Counted from the stretch's first letter, positions 23,030 to 32,724 are shown. The stretch: 41,760 nucleotides of DNA from Candidatus Peribacteraceae bacterium (GCA_041658365.1 JBBAAJ010000001.1:1-41760); one strand, 5' to 3'. Program-made: numbers and translations. The notes: generated by a model from the sequence alone, not told the origin.

Positions 23030-24781
23030 CTACGAGGATCCGCGGAGGAAAGCATAGGCTCCCAGTAGCTCTCTTCGGAAAAGATACACGAGGGACAGCG
23101 GGAACAGCACGAGACCAAAGAGCGTGACACGATCGGCGAAGACCTGCAGCGGAGATAATTTCCACGTTGTCTTTTCACCACGGATGAATCGCTGGAAATT
23201 CTGTGCGTCATCCACGCTGATCCTGTCTCTGGGACTGCAATTATTCGCCTCAGGGTACTGCAGGCAGGCGGGATTGTAGATATTGAACGCCTCGTCATAC
23301 ACCATATCTACCGGGCCGTTCCGAAGCGGCGGCAAGTTGAGAGACAACGCCTCGTAACACTCGGTGCCCGTACTCGCGGAGAAGAGGTAGTGGAAATCGC
23401 TCACACGTTCTGAGACCGGCTGAAATGCCCTCTGAACGGGTAAGCGGAGGAAATCCCCACTCTGTTTCTTAGACTGTAGGACGACGTCATACGGCATGCG
23501 GATGCTCACGGGCTCATCCCGAAGCAGGGTCGCATACGCATAGGCAAATATAAGCAGTGTCACTGCTCCCAGAACGAACGTCAGGATGCGTTCATCGAAG
23601 CGCCACGGAAGTGCGCGGCTCAAAGCAGCGGCTCCCACGATGCCGGAAAGTGAAACGAGGAGCGAGAGGACAGCGAGGAATCTCTCCGGAACGCGAAGCG
23701 CCGAGAAGAGAGGGAACTTCTGCAGGAATTCCGGCACAGCTCCGGTCCCGCGGACGAGGAGCAGAATGAACGTGACCAGCAGAACCGAAGTGAGCGCCAG
23801 GCCAAGCTTCCTCCAAAGAGAGAGACTCCGATTTCGTGCAGTGAAGTAGAGAAGCACCACGGAGCCGAGGAGCGCGATGTGCGGAGTAAGCATGCTCTCC
23901 TCCTGCACGCGGCTGAACGTCGCTTCGGAAGCATAGAGATAGACGGATTGAGGCAGCGCCCAGAAAGACTTGAGCGCAAACACCACCATGTTCTCCGAAG
24001 CGTGGAATCCGGAAAATACCGCCCGCACCTGTAGCGTAGATAGCAGGCTATAGACTGCGACCAGCTTGCTTGCGGAGAGGACGAGCGCGCAGGCGCCGAA
24101 TGCAACGAAGCGGCGCACGAGAACCTTGAGCCGCTCAAGCGGATGCTTCGAAAGCAGGAGATCGAACGGAAGGAATCCGAGGACCGTGAGCAGCATGAGG
24201 AGAACGAGCGTCTGGCTTCCGGAGTACAGGACATACGCGGTCAGGAAGGAGAACAGCACGGCACGCACGCAGAGCGTTTTCTTAGTCTCGCGCCCGGGAG
24301 AGAACGCGAACCAGAGGAGCCATCCTGCAAGCGGCCAAGACAACACCCACATCTGTCCTACGGCCATGTGCATGAGATAGAAACCGTTCGCCAGACACAC
24401 GAGCGCGAGCAGGTGGGACCAGGATAGTGAGAGACGGAGGACATCCTTCCCGAAACGGACCCAGCCGAAGTAGCCGACGAGCAGGATGATGACGGCGCTC
24501 AGTTGCAGAGCGGTCCAGAGATCGAAGGAGAAACTCAGCAGCTGCGTCAGCGAATAGAAATGATCCTGCGGGTTGCCGTACTGCGGAAATCCGCCGCAGA
24601 GGTGAGGAGCGAACCTCAGAGGCGCAAAACCCTGCCTCAGGAAATGCCACTGGCCCTCGAGTAACCGCGGGAAGACATAGAAGTAATCCTCACCGATATT
24701 CGGATACCGCGCATTGAGTCCCCAGAGAAAAATGCCGACAAGCGCGGCGAAGAGACCGTATACCGAGAATCGATGCTTCAT
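23030..24781 (-). CDS. Polytopic membrane protein (583 aa), possibly a GT-C-like glycosyltransferase
   Basis: At least 10 hydrophobic helices are followed by a soluble C-terminal domain. The start is ATG 24781 (MKHRFSVYGLFAAL). The function is not recognised. Confidence 0.85.
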   Translation of the reverse strand: MKHRFSVYGLFAALVGIFLWGLNARYPNIGEDYFYVFPRLLEGQWHFLRQGFAPLRFAPHLCGGFPQYGNPQDHFYSLTQLLSFSFDLWTALQLSAVIILLVGYFGWVRFGKDVLRLSLSWSHLLALVCLANGFYLMHMAVGQMWVLSWPLAGWLLWFAFSPGRETKKTLCVRAVLFSFLTAYVLYSGSQTLVLLMLLTVLGFLPFDLLLSKHPLERLKVLVRRFVAFGACALVLSASKLVAVYSLLSTLQVRAVFSGFHASENMVVFALKSFWALPQSVYLYASEATFSRVQEESMLTPHIALLGSVVLLYFTARNRSLSLWRKLGLALTSVLLVTFILLLVRGTGAVPEFLQKFPLFSALRVPERFLAVLSLLVSLSGIVGAAALSRALPWRFDERILTFVLGAVTLLIFAYAYATLLRDEPVSIRMPYDVVLQSKKQSGDFLRLPVQRAFQPVSERVSDFHYLFSASTGTECYEALSLNLPPLRNGPVDMVYDEAFNIYNPACLQYPEANNCSPRDRISVDDAQNFQRFIRGEKTTWKLSPLQVFADRVTLFGLVLFPLSLVYLFRRELLGAYAFLRGSS

Positions 24782-24825
24782 CGGGGAAAGGGTAACACAG
24801 GGGCAGAGTGGCTGCCGATAGTGGA
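24689..24825. repeat. Direct repeat copy 1 (att-like), part of the intact gene
   Basis: See the mobile element above. It covers codons 1-31 plus about 45 nt upstream. Confidence 0.9.
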
Positions 24826-24908
24826 ACATTTGCGAACGGACTGGTTTGCTTCTATGCGTGATCTCGCCCCTGCGCTAAACTTACTCATCCGACCTCTTCT
24901 ACTGATCC

Positions 24909-25448
24909 ATGCCCACTGAACGGATCGTTATCCTAGTCGATGGCAGCAACCTGTATCACTACCTGCGTGAGCTGAAGCTCACGGGGCTTGCCGAGTTTGA
25001 CTACAAAGCGTTCGCGCAGTTTCTCGGTCGTGGACGCACGGTTGTGTCTGCGACGTACTACATCGGCAAGGTGCGGTCACACGGCGACTCGAAGGGCGAA
25101 GAACTTCGACGTTGGCAGCAGCGTCTCGTTGCCCACCTGCAAAACTCAGGATGGAACGTCGAGTACGGTCACATGTTGGAACACAACGGTGTTTTTCAAG
25201 AGAAGGGCGTGGACGTTCATATCGCTGTTGACCTGCTTACAGGAGCCTATGAAGACCGCTATGACACGGCTGTGCTGGTGAGTTCCGATACTGACCTTAT
25301 CCCTGCCGTTCACGCTGTCAGGGGCAAGAAGAAACAGGTCGAGTACATCGGCTTCGCACACCGCCCCTCCTTTGGTCTGATGAAGAACGTTGATCTGACT
25401 ACGACCCTGCGCCGCGAAGACCTCGCAGGATTCCTCAAAAAGCCCTGA
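24909..25448 (+). CDS. NYN/LabA-like domain protein (predicted RNase)
   Basis: IVILVDGSNLYH, GVDVHIAVDL and AVLVSSDTDLIPAV match the NYN acidic-residue pattern. Confidence 0.85.
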   Translation: MPTERIVILVDGSNLYHYLRELKLTGLAEFDYKAFAQFLGRGRTVVSATYYIGKVRSHGDSKGEELRRWQQRLVAHLQNSGWNVEYGHMLEHNGVFQEKGVDVHIAVDLLTGAYEDRYDTAVLVSSDTDLIPAVHAVRGKKKQVEYIGFAHRPSFGLMKNVDLTTTLRREDLAGFLKKP

Positions 25449-25457
25449 TAACAAAAT

Positions 25458-25492
25458 ACCCGCCGTCGCTTGCGCGAGGGACGGGTGGGTTT
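25458..25492 (+). terminator. Candidate terminator after the NYN gene
   Basis: acccgccgtc pairs with gacgggtgggt (one bulge, one G.U). TT follows. Confidence 0.4.
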
Positions 25493-25621
25493 AACATTCA
25501 CAGTGTACGGTGGTTTACAGTAACGATCAACTAGAAATTTACATGAATTGGATTCGATTGCTTTTGGCTTAATACAGCTAATTTCAGCAACCCTGCTCTC
25601 TAAGATATTGTTCAGATAGGG

Positions 25622-25909
25622 GTGAAGTCTCTTCTATCATGCTCGTACTTACTGGAACTGCTGAAACGGGCATCCGATCTTTTCGAGCGTTCGCAACCTG
25701 CCCAAAAGAACCAACTTCTGCGATTCGTACTTGCGAACGCGAAGGTAGACGGCGAAAAGCTAGTCTGGAACTTGAAAAGTCCCTTCTCTGGGATTGCTCA
25801 ATGCGTCGAAACGAAGGATTGGCTGGGGCTGGTGGATGATTTACGAAATATAATTATTTTCGAACCGACGAAATCCTTTTTAACTCAGGCTTTAAGACCT
25901 CTTCGTTAA
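25622..25909 (+). pseudogene. C-terminal fragment of a large serine recombinase-like gene
   Basis: LLELLKRASDLFERSQPAQKNQLLRFVLANAKVDGEKLVWNLKSPF resembles, from memory, the conserved tail of large serine recombinases. No catalytic domain lies upstream. Confidence 0.4.
25819..25865 (-). repeat. Element copy A (47 nt, inverted relative to copies B and C)
   Basis: ttggctggggctggtggatgatttacgaaatataattattttcgaac. Its reverse complement matches 28055-28101 over about 47 nt with a few mismatches. Confidence 0.85.
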
Positions 25910-26504
25910 ATTTGCCATCGTCAATAACATATTTTGCCCAATAATCTAATTCTAAAGGAACTTTATCTTCAATTATTCGTAGTGCATATGCAGCACAGGG
26001 AGCTGCAACAAGCTTGTCACGGTTTGCTTTTCCGAAAACATGATTCATCTTCATTAGTGCTGGATTCTCATTCTTAACCCACAGATCAAATTTAAATTCT
26101 TTTTTCGATCCCTGAACCTGAATTCCCGATCTAATCTCAGCAACACTTTCGTCCAACTGAATGAGCGTTTTAACTTGATTGATATTGATATTGAAACCTA
26201 TTTCTAAATGGTCAAAGTACCTTAATTTATATCCTTTTTCTAAGAAAAGTAGAAAATCTTTGTTTAGATTAAGATTAATTCCATTCGCCTTCAATTTTTC
26301 GTAATGCTTTGAAATTTGATGACCCCAAGTAACATCAATTTCTCGAATTTCTAAAATCATTTTAGAATATTTTTCTAAGGCTGTATTCGCAAAAATAACT
26401 CCTTGAACCAAAAAATCATCTAACAAAAGTTTTCTTGATACCAGATAATCAGTATCAGCAAGGTTCAGCCAGCCAAGAATGTTAGAAGTTTTACTATTAG
26501 CCAT
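25854..26504 (-). CDS. AT-rich hypothetical protein with an N-terminal HEPN-like region
   Basis: ADTDYLVSRKLLLDDFLVQGVIFANTALEKYSKMIL...GHQISKHYEKL...GYKLRYFDH resembles the PF05168-type HEPN layout. No canonical Rx4-6H motif is present. GC is strikingly low. Confidence 0.55.
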   Translation of the reverse strand: MANSKTSNILGWLNLADTDYLVSRKLLLDDFLVQGVIFANTALEKYSKMILEIREIDVTWGHQISKHYEKLKANGINLNLNKDFLLFLEKGYKLRYFDHLEIGFNININQVKTLIQLDESVAEIRSGIQVQGSKKEFKFDLWVKNENPALMKMNHVFGKANRDKLVAAPCAAYALRIIEDKVPLELDYWAKYVIDDGKFNEEVLKPELKRISSVRK

Positions 26505-26543
26505 TTATGAATCAGTAGCTGGGAATAGTGGATATTTTAGAAA

Positions 26544-27002
26544 TCACCATTTGATGTCCTTGATTGTTAGCTGTTCTGGTTTTGTGCTCCCAAAAACAAG
26601 ATGGTATTCACCAGACGCATTTGGAATTTCAAAAGTAGCGTAACCGTTTTTAACTGGGTATTTCTCATAATTCTCATACCAAGCTCTTTCTCTTGTGACA
26701 GTGTCATTAAAAATAGAAAAAGGCTCTTCTGGCCTCCATACTGAATCTGGGACTTTCACATTCAGAATAAAATTTGCGATTGAATTTTTTGTAATAATAT
26801 CTAGTTCATATTCTGAGTCATATCCGATTTCAGGATCCGGATTCTTAATATTAATTTCCAACGGCCTAATTTCAACAATTGGTTTTTCCATAATCTTTCC
26901 CGTCCAGTAAGTTCCCACTGAAGACACCAGTGTTAAAAAAGCACTGAGGATAGCGATCCAAGAAAAGATAGTGTTTAAAGTAGCTACATTCATAATGTGC
27001 AT
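26544..27002 (-). CDS. AT-rich N-terminally anchored hypothetical protein (152 aa)
   Basis: TM segment IFSWIAILSAFLTLVSSVGTYW, then a beta-rich domain. It ends 40 nt upstream of the HEPN-like gene on the same strand. Confidence 0.65.
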   Translation of the reverse strand: MHIMNVATLNTIFSWIAILSAFLTLVSSVGTYWTGKIMEKPIVEIRPLEINIKNPDPEIGYDSEYELDIITKNSIANFILNVKVPDSVWRPEEPFSIFNDTVTRERAWYENYEKYPVKNGYATFEIPNASGEYHLVFGSTKPEQLTIKDIKW

Positions 27003-27194
27003 TTAGTAGGTCAAAAGCGGCAAAAGTATAGTGCTTTTCAAGCTTTCTTTACAGTTGTTAGCCGTATTATTTCTCTGCATCTGTTGATACAATAGATTAA
27101 AGCTTAACCTCTACTTCTAGTTAAATGACCAGAAAAGCTACTAATAAATTTTTAACGGAGGCAAAGAGCCTGCGCGCGTGAAGCGGTCGAAGCA

Positions 27195-27518
27195 TTGTAT
27201 TTCACCCAACAAAGACATCCGTTTTTTATTTACGGGTTCGTAATAATGCCCGATCACTGTCACCTGCTTTTGAACGTTCGCGAAGAATCGGATATTTCCA
27301 AGGTAATGCGGGATTACAAAAGGCGGGTGTCATTTCAGATTGCCCGGGGTCCGGTTTGGCAACCGCGGTTTCATCTGGTGATTCCGAAAGATCCAGGTCT
27401 TGCTCTCTCCTATATTCATCAAAATCCGGTTCGCAAAAAGCTGTGTGAAACCCCAGAGAAATATATTTGGAGTTCAGCTTCCGGCAGATGGGATACCAAG
27501 GAATGGGAATGCTGGTAA
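27195..27518 (+). pseudogene. N-terminally truncated REP-associated tyrosine transposase (RayT / IS200 Y1-like)
   Basis: HUH motif MPDHCHLLL and Tyr motif YIHQNPVRKKL...WSS. Only about 34 codons are open upstream of the HUH, against the roughly 60 I recall for family members. TTG is the only start. Confidence 0.7.
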
Positions 27519-27528
27519 GGGAAAAGGT

Positions 27529-27646
27529 CCGCGGGTAGATACCCGCTCTCGTAATAATTCCATGGTGGGGAAATTGGAGGTGATGCTGTGAAAGTAATTC
27601 GGTGAAAAATCAGCCTTCTTGAATGAGAGCGGGTGTCTACCCGCGG
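27529..27646. repeat. Pair of REP-like palindromes in inverted orientation (BIME-like) next to RayT
   Basis: ccgcgggtagatacccgctctc (27529-27550) is the reverse complement, with 1 mismatch, of gagagcgggtgtctacccgcgg (27625-27646). Each contains a GCGGGT-nnnn-ACCCGC hairpin. Confidence 0.8.
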
Positions 27647-27668
27647 TTGTTGTAGAATCGCGGCATGT

Positions 27669-27800
27669 CTCACCGATATTCGGATACCGCGCATTGAGTC
27701 CCCAGAGAAAAATGCCGACAAGCGCGGCGAAGAGACCGTACACCGAGAACCGATGCTTCATCGGGGAAAGGGTAACACGGGCTCACTGCCGGTAGTAGGT
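27669..27800. repeat. Direct repeat copy 2 (att-like) carrying an orphan 31-codon 5' gene fragment
   Basis: It encodes MKHRFSVYGLFAALVGIFLWGLNARYPNIGE, identical to the N-terminus of the 23030-24781 product, and then diverges. Confidence 0.9.
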
Positions 27801-27836
27801 GCTTTCCGCTTTCCGCTCATCGCTTCCCGCTTATCC
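27801..27836. repeat. Degenerate tandem 7-mer GCTTTCC x5
   Basis: The sequence reads gctttcc gctttcc gctcatc gcttccc gcttatcc. Confidence 0.8.
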
Positions 27837-27886
27837 GTTTCTTCTTCTGTTATGCCAAACTTTCGTTGTAGAATTGCACGCGTCAT

Positions 27887-27961
27887 TGGGGAGTAGCCAA
27901 GCGGTAAGGCAACGGGCTCTGGACCCGTCATACGGGGGTTCGAATCCCTCCTCCCCAGCCA
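27887..27961 (+). tRNA. tRNA-Gln (anticodon CTG), CCA encoded
   Basis: Hand-folded cloverleaf. Acceptor TGGGGAG/CTCCCCA with U1-A72. D loop AGCGGTA. Anticodon stem ACGGG/CCCGT with loop CTCTGGA. T arm GGGGG-TTCGAAT-CCCTC. Discriminator G plus CCA. It closely resembles E. coli tRNA-Gln. Confidence 0.95.
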
Positions 27962-27966
27962 TCCGT

Positions 27967-28047
27967 CTTCGCTCCTGCGGGAGCTACGCCGCGATTGGCT
28001 TTTTGATAGCAGTTGAGAGGATGCCGCGGCGTAGTCCGCAGACGAAG
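27967..28047. other. Long imperfect hairpin directly 3' of the tRNA
   Basis: cttcgctcctgcgggagctacgccgcg (27967-27993) pairs with cgcggcgtagtccgcagacgaag (28025-28047) around a 31-nt loop. Confidence 0.7.
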
Positions 28048-28054
28048 CCGGGCA

Positions 28055-28101
28055 GTTCGAAAGTAGTTATTTTTCGCAAATCATCCACCAGTCCCAGCCA
28101 A
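28055..28101 (+). repeat. Element copy B
   Basis: gttcgaaagtagttatttttcgcaaatcatccaccagtcccagccaa. The core aaatcatccaccagYcccagcca is shared with copies A and C. Confidence 0.85.
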
Positions 28102-28268
28102 GCTGAATTCGAGCTGAGTCCGAGTGCGAAGCACGAAGGACGAAGCCGAAGATGCTTGGCCCCTCGTAGCTCCGAGCAAAGCGAGGAGCGAAGTGGGGCC
28201 AACATGCGCACGCGACCGTGGTGCTAAATTGCTACTCAGCATTCCGGTTTTGTGTAAAATAGGGGCCT

Positions 28269-28706
28269 ATGATCTCGAACGATGCGTTAATTTGGTTTTT
28301 CCAGAACAACTGGATATTTGTTTTGCTGTTCCTTATTTCCCTAATAAAGGCAATTCCACATAAGTGGTTAAAATCTGAAGAATTTGTAAAAGCGTCAAAA
28401 GAAAGCCGGGTGACATTACTTACATTTGTGCTTGAAAGTTTTTTTGACAGCTTAAGCAGAGCCTCCTTTTCGTTGCTCGCTGTTTTGGGTCTCCAGGCCA
28501 CGGTTACCTTGATCATCTTTGTTGTGGTAATTTTCGATATTGTTGTAAAAAGAGAAATTTCGACTCAGGCAGTCAGCCTATTTGGAATTGGTATTGTTGC
28601 CTTGTACTTAAATAGGCTCATTGAAACGGGAAAGAAAATTTCTTTTTTTGGAATGGTCGCTTGGGAAAGGAAAGATGAGCCGACCGTGCTGCCCTACCAT
28701 TCCTAA
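28269..28706 (+). CDS. AT-rich polytopic membrane protein (145 aa)
   Basis: About four hydrophobic helices (WIFVLLFLISLI, LLAVLGLQATVTLIIFVVVIF, VSLFGIGIVALY). TAAAAT (28255-28260) lies 8 nt upstream of the ATG. Confidence 0.55.
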   Translation: MISNDALIWFFQNNWIFVLLFLISLIKAIPHKWLKSEEFVKASKESRVTLLTFVLESFFDSLSRASFSLLAVLGLQATVTLIIFVVVIFDIVVKREISTQAVSLFGIGIVALYLNRLIETGKKISFFGMVAWERKDEPTVLPYHS

Positions 28707-28747
28707 AACCCGAGCCTCAATAACATTGTCAGTGATTCAAAGATAAA

Positions 28748-28771
28748 GTTCTAGACCGAGCTCCCCAGCCA
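28748..28771 (+). repeat. Degenerate copy of the tRNA-Gln 3' end
   Basis: gttctagaccgagctccccagcca versus the tRNA gttcgaatccctcctccccagcca. 18 of 24 positions are identical, and the last 11 are exact. Confidence 0.7.
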
Positions 28772-28856
28772 AGCAAAAAACGATTGCCAAGACTCCATGA
28801 AAGGATGTACAATTTCTTCGTATTAAGACGAAAGGGAATCCGAACGGTGCCAGTGC

Positions 28857-29378
28857 CTAAGGAGACCTTTTCTTTTGAAAATACTCAATTTTTGCCCGAA
28901 TACTGACAGTATCCAAGTAATCGAAATATGTCGGGGATAAGCTCCTATACAAGGAAGAGGCAAACTGCCTGTTTGGGAAAAGCAACTTTTTCAAGCGATC
29001 TTTTGAGATAAGATAATCGACCAGTTTTTTATAGTCACCATCGCCGGATATAAGAAGCATCTTGCTGAAGTCATCGCGTTCTATGAGTGTTTTCATGATC
29101 TCAAAAACAATATCGGTATCCACATTCCCTTTTTTGTTCGCCTTCAGGTTCGCACTGTGCTCCCTAAATAGAACGATAAAACCTGATTTCTGCAGATTTT
29201 TATAAAGCTCCTGCTGCTCTTCGGAGACGTAGCCTAGAAAGTAATACGCCTCACCAACCTTATACTTGTCCTTGAGGTAAATTCTGAATTTTGCATGGTC
29301 AACTTTCCAGTCATTCTGTGTTGTCCCAAGATGGAGGTTTTGGCCATCGATGAAAGCAAGATTCGACTCTTTTTCCAT
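28857..29378 (-). CDS. NYN/LabA-like domain protein (second, divergent copy)
   Basis: LAFIDGQNLH, KGNVDTDIVFEI and LLISGDGDYKKLV are present. GC is low. Confidence 0.85.
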   Translation of the reverse strand: MEKESNLAFIDGQNLHLGTTQNDWKVDHAKFRIYLKDKYKVGEAYYFLGYVSEEQQELYKNLQKSGFIVLFREHSANLKANKKGNVDTDIVFEIMKTLIERDDFSKMLLISGDGDYKKLVDYLISKDRLKKLLFPNRQFASSLYRSLSPTYFDYLDTVSIRAKIEYFQKKRSP

Positions 29379-29467
29379 AGGCCGATTCTATCACATTACA
29401 CGATTGAAATTAGCTGAGAAAAATCAGATTTTGTAAATCGATTACTGCATGCCAGTCAAATTTTCTG

Positions 29468-29490
29468 AAATCATCCACCAGCCCCAGCCA
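29468..29490 (+). repeat. Element copy C (core only)
   Basis: aaatcatccaccagccccagcca. It is a direct repeat of the core of copy B. Confidence 0.85.
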
Positions 29491-29595
29491 CTGCACTTCG
29501 CAAGCTGGCTCTTTTCGGGGAGGGAAATGACGGCGAAATGGTTGTCATGTGGCGATGGCATGTGTAGAATTCAGTGCCTCTTCCCTCATCACTCT

Positions 29596-30867
29596 ATGCG
29601 TCGGACCGCCTCCATCCTTGTCCTCATCAGTCTCGCGCTCCCACTCCTCTCACAAGCCGCCCCGGCAGGTGACCTCGTGGAGAAAGTGGCGCATGGGAAG
29701 AAAGTCGCCGGCCAGTACATCGTCGTGCTTAAGCAGAACGTTGACGTTGATAGTGCTGCCGATGAGTTGTCACGCAAACACAATGGAAGAGCCCTCCAAG
29801 TCTACAAGCATGCCCTGAGTGGCTTCGCCATCGCACTGTCCGATGACAAGGTGAAGGATCTCGAGAATGATCCGCGCGTCGCTCTGGTCAGTCCCGACTA
29901 CGAAGTGTCCATCGTCGGACAGACTGTCAATGCGCAGGTACAGACGCTTCCGACAGGCATAAACCGGATCAACGCGGAGAATAAAGTGAACAAGGGTGTG
30001 GGAGTGGAGGTTGCGGTGATCGATACGGGAATCGACTCCAGCCATCCCGATCTGAAACTGAACATCCGCGGCGGCAAAAGCTGCGTCGGTGGCAACTATA
30101 ATGACCAGAATGGCCATGGCACGCACGTCGCCGGAACCATCGCCGCACTCAATAATACCGCTGGTGTCGTCGGCGTGGCTCCCCAGGCAGGTCTCTGGGC
30201 AGTCCGCGTCCTCAACGCGCAAGGCAGCGGTACGTGGTCGCAGGTGATCTGCGGCATTGACTGGGTCACCTCGCAATCCTCCCGCATCAAAGTCGCAAAC
30301 ATGAGCCTTGGAGGCGGTGGCACAGCGGGAACATCCTGTGACAGCGATGTGCTCCACAAGGCCATCTGCAACTCCGTCGCCAAAGGTGTGACGTACGTCG
30401 TCGCAGCGGGGAACGACGGTGCGGATCTGAAGAATTTCGTTCCAGCGGCCTATCCGGAAGTGATCGCGGCGACGGCGCTTGCGGATTCGAACGGGAAGCC
30501 ATGCGGAGGCGGAAGCACAACGAGCTACGGGGCGGACGACACGTTCGCTACGTTCAGCAACTATGCCACTCTGCTCCAAGACACGGTTCGGACGATTGGT
30601 GCGCCGGGCGTCTCGATCCTCTCGACTTGGAAGGGCAGGGGCTACGCCACAATCAGCGGAACGAGCATGGCGACCCCACATGTCTCCGGCGCAGCAGCGC
30701 TCTATATCAGCACACATCCGGGGGCGACGCCTACACAGGTGCGCGACGCGCTCATCGCTGCGGGGGAGGCAGCCGGGGCGAATGTGAACGGCGAGTGTGC
30801 GAGTGGCACGAGCCACGCATCGAGTGCACTGCATCTTGAGCCCGTGCTCCGGGCGGATACCTTCTGA
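29596..30867 (+). CDS. Secreted subtilisin-like serine protease (S8) with an I9 propeptide
   Basis: Signal peptide MRRTASILVLISLALPLLSQAAPA. Catalytic triad motifs VAVIDTGID, HGTHVAGTIAA and SGTSMATPHVSGAAAL. The start is ATG 29596. Confidence 0.93.
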   Translation: MRRTASILVLISLALPLLSQAAPAGDLVEKVAHGKKVAGQYIVVLKQNVDVDSAADELSRKHNGRALQVYKHALSGFAIALSDDKVKDLENDPRVALVSPDYEVSIVGQTVNAQVQTLPTGINRINAENKVNKGVGVEVAVIDTGIDSSHPDLKLNIRGGKSCVGGNYNDQNGHGTHVAGTIAALNNTAGVVGVAPQAGLWAVRVLNAQGSGTWSQVICGIDWVTSQSSRIKVANMSLGGGGTAGTSCDSDVLHKAICNSVAKGVTYVVAAGNDGADLKNFVPAAYPEVIAATALADSNGKPCGGGSTTSYGADDTFATFSNYATLLQDTVRTIGAPGVSILSTWKGRGYATISGTSMATPHVSGAAALYISTHPGATPTQVRDALIAAGEAAGANVNGECASGTSHASSALHLEPVLRADTF

Positions 30868-30896
30868 TCAGTGGAGGCAGCACCTTGAAGAAAGCT

Positions 30897-32699
<1,803 letters not shown>

Positions 32700-32724
32700 A
32701 GAGGGGGGATTATAGCGCAAAAAA

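Larger units (their letters stand above)
24689..27800. mobile_element. Decayed integrative element flanked by direct repeats duplicating the 5' end of the 23030-24781 gene
   Basis: 24689-24798 equals 27669-27778 (110 nt, 2 mismatches at 24761 and 24770). Weaker homology extends to about 24825/27800. The interior holds a NYN gene, a recombinase remnant, two AT-rich genes, and a RayT fragment with a REP pair. Confidence 0.65.
27962..29490. mobile_element. tRNA-Gln-adjacent island remnants bounded by serial tRNA-3'-end-like repeats
   Basis: Copies ending in YCCCAGCCA, all in the same orientation as the tRNA 3' end, lie at 28078-28100, 28748-28771 and 29468-29490. The low-GC cargo is a membrane protein and a NYN gene. 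Confidence 0.5.

Noticed and set aside
27474-27761. 95-aa minus-strand ORF starting MKHRFSVYGL
   Set aside because: Its first 31 codons are the duplicated 5' end of the 23030-24781 gene (direct repeat copy 2). The remainder is read-through across the REP pair. I treat it as an att-associated gene fragment and not as a gene.
28214-28226. 12-13-nt match (tgctaaattgcta) between 28214-28226 and the 4464-4495 repeat
   Set aside because: Matches of this length are expected by chance dozens of times in a 42-kb window compared against itself, and there is no extended similarity around it.
29449-29595. N-terminal 49 codons of the track ORF for the protease
   Set aside because: This part overlaps repeat element copy C and precedes a canonical signal peptide that starts at ATG 29596. 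It is more likely non-coding.
29770-30834. 354-aa minus-strand ORF
   Set aside because: It is antisense to the subtilisin gene, whose catalytic triad motifs are unambiguous.
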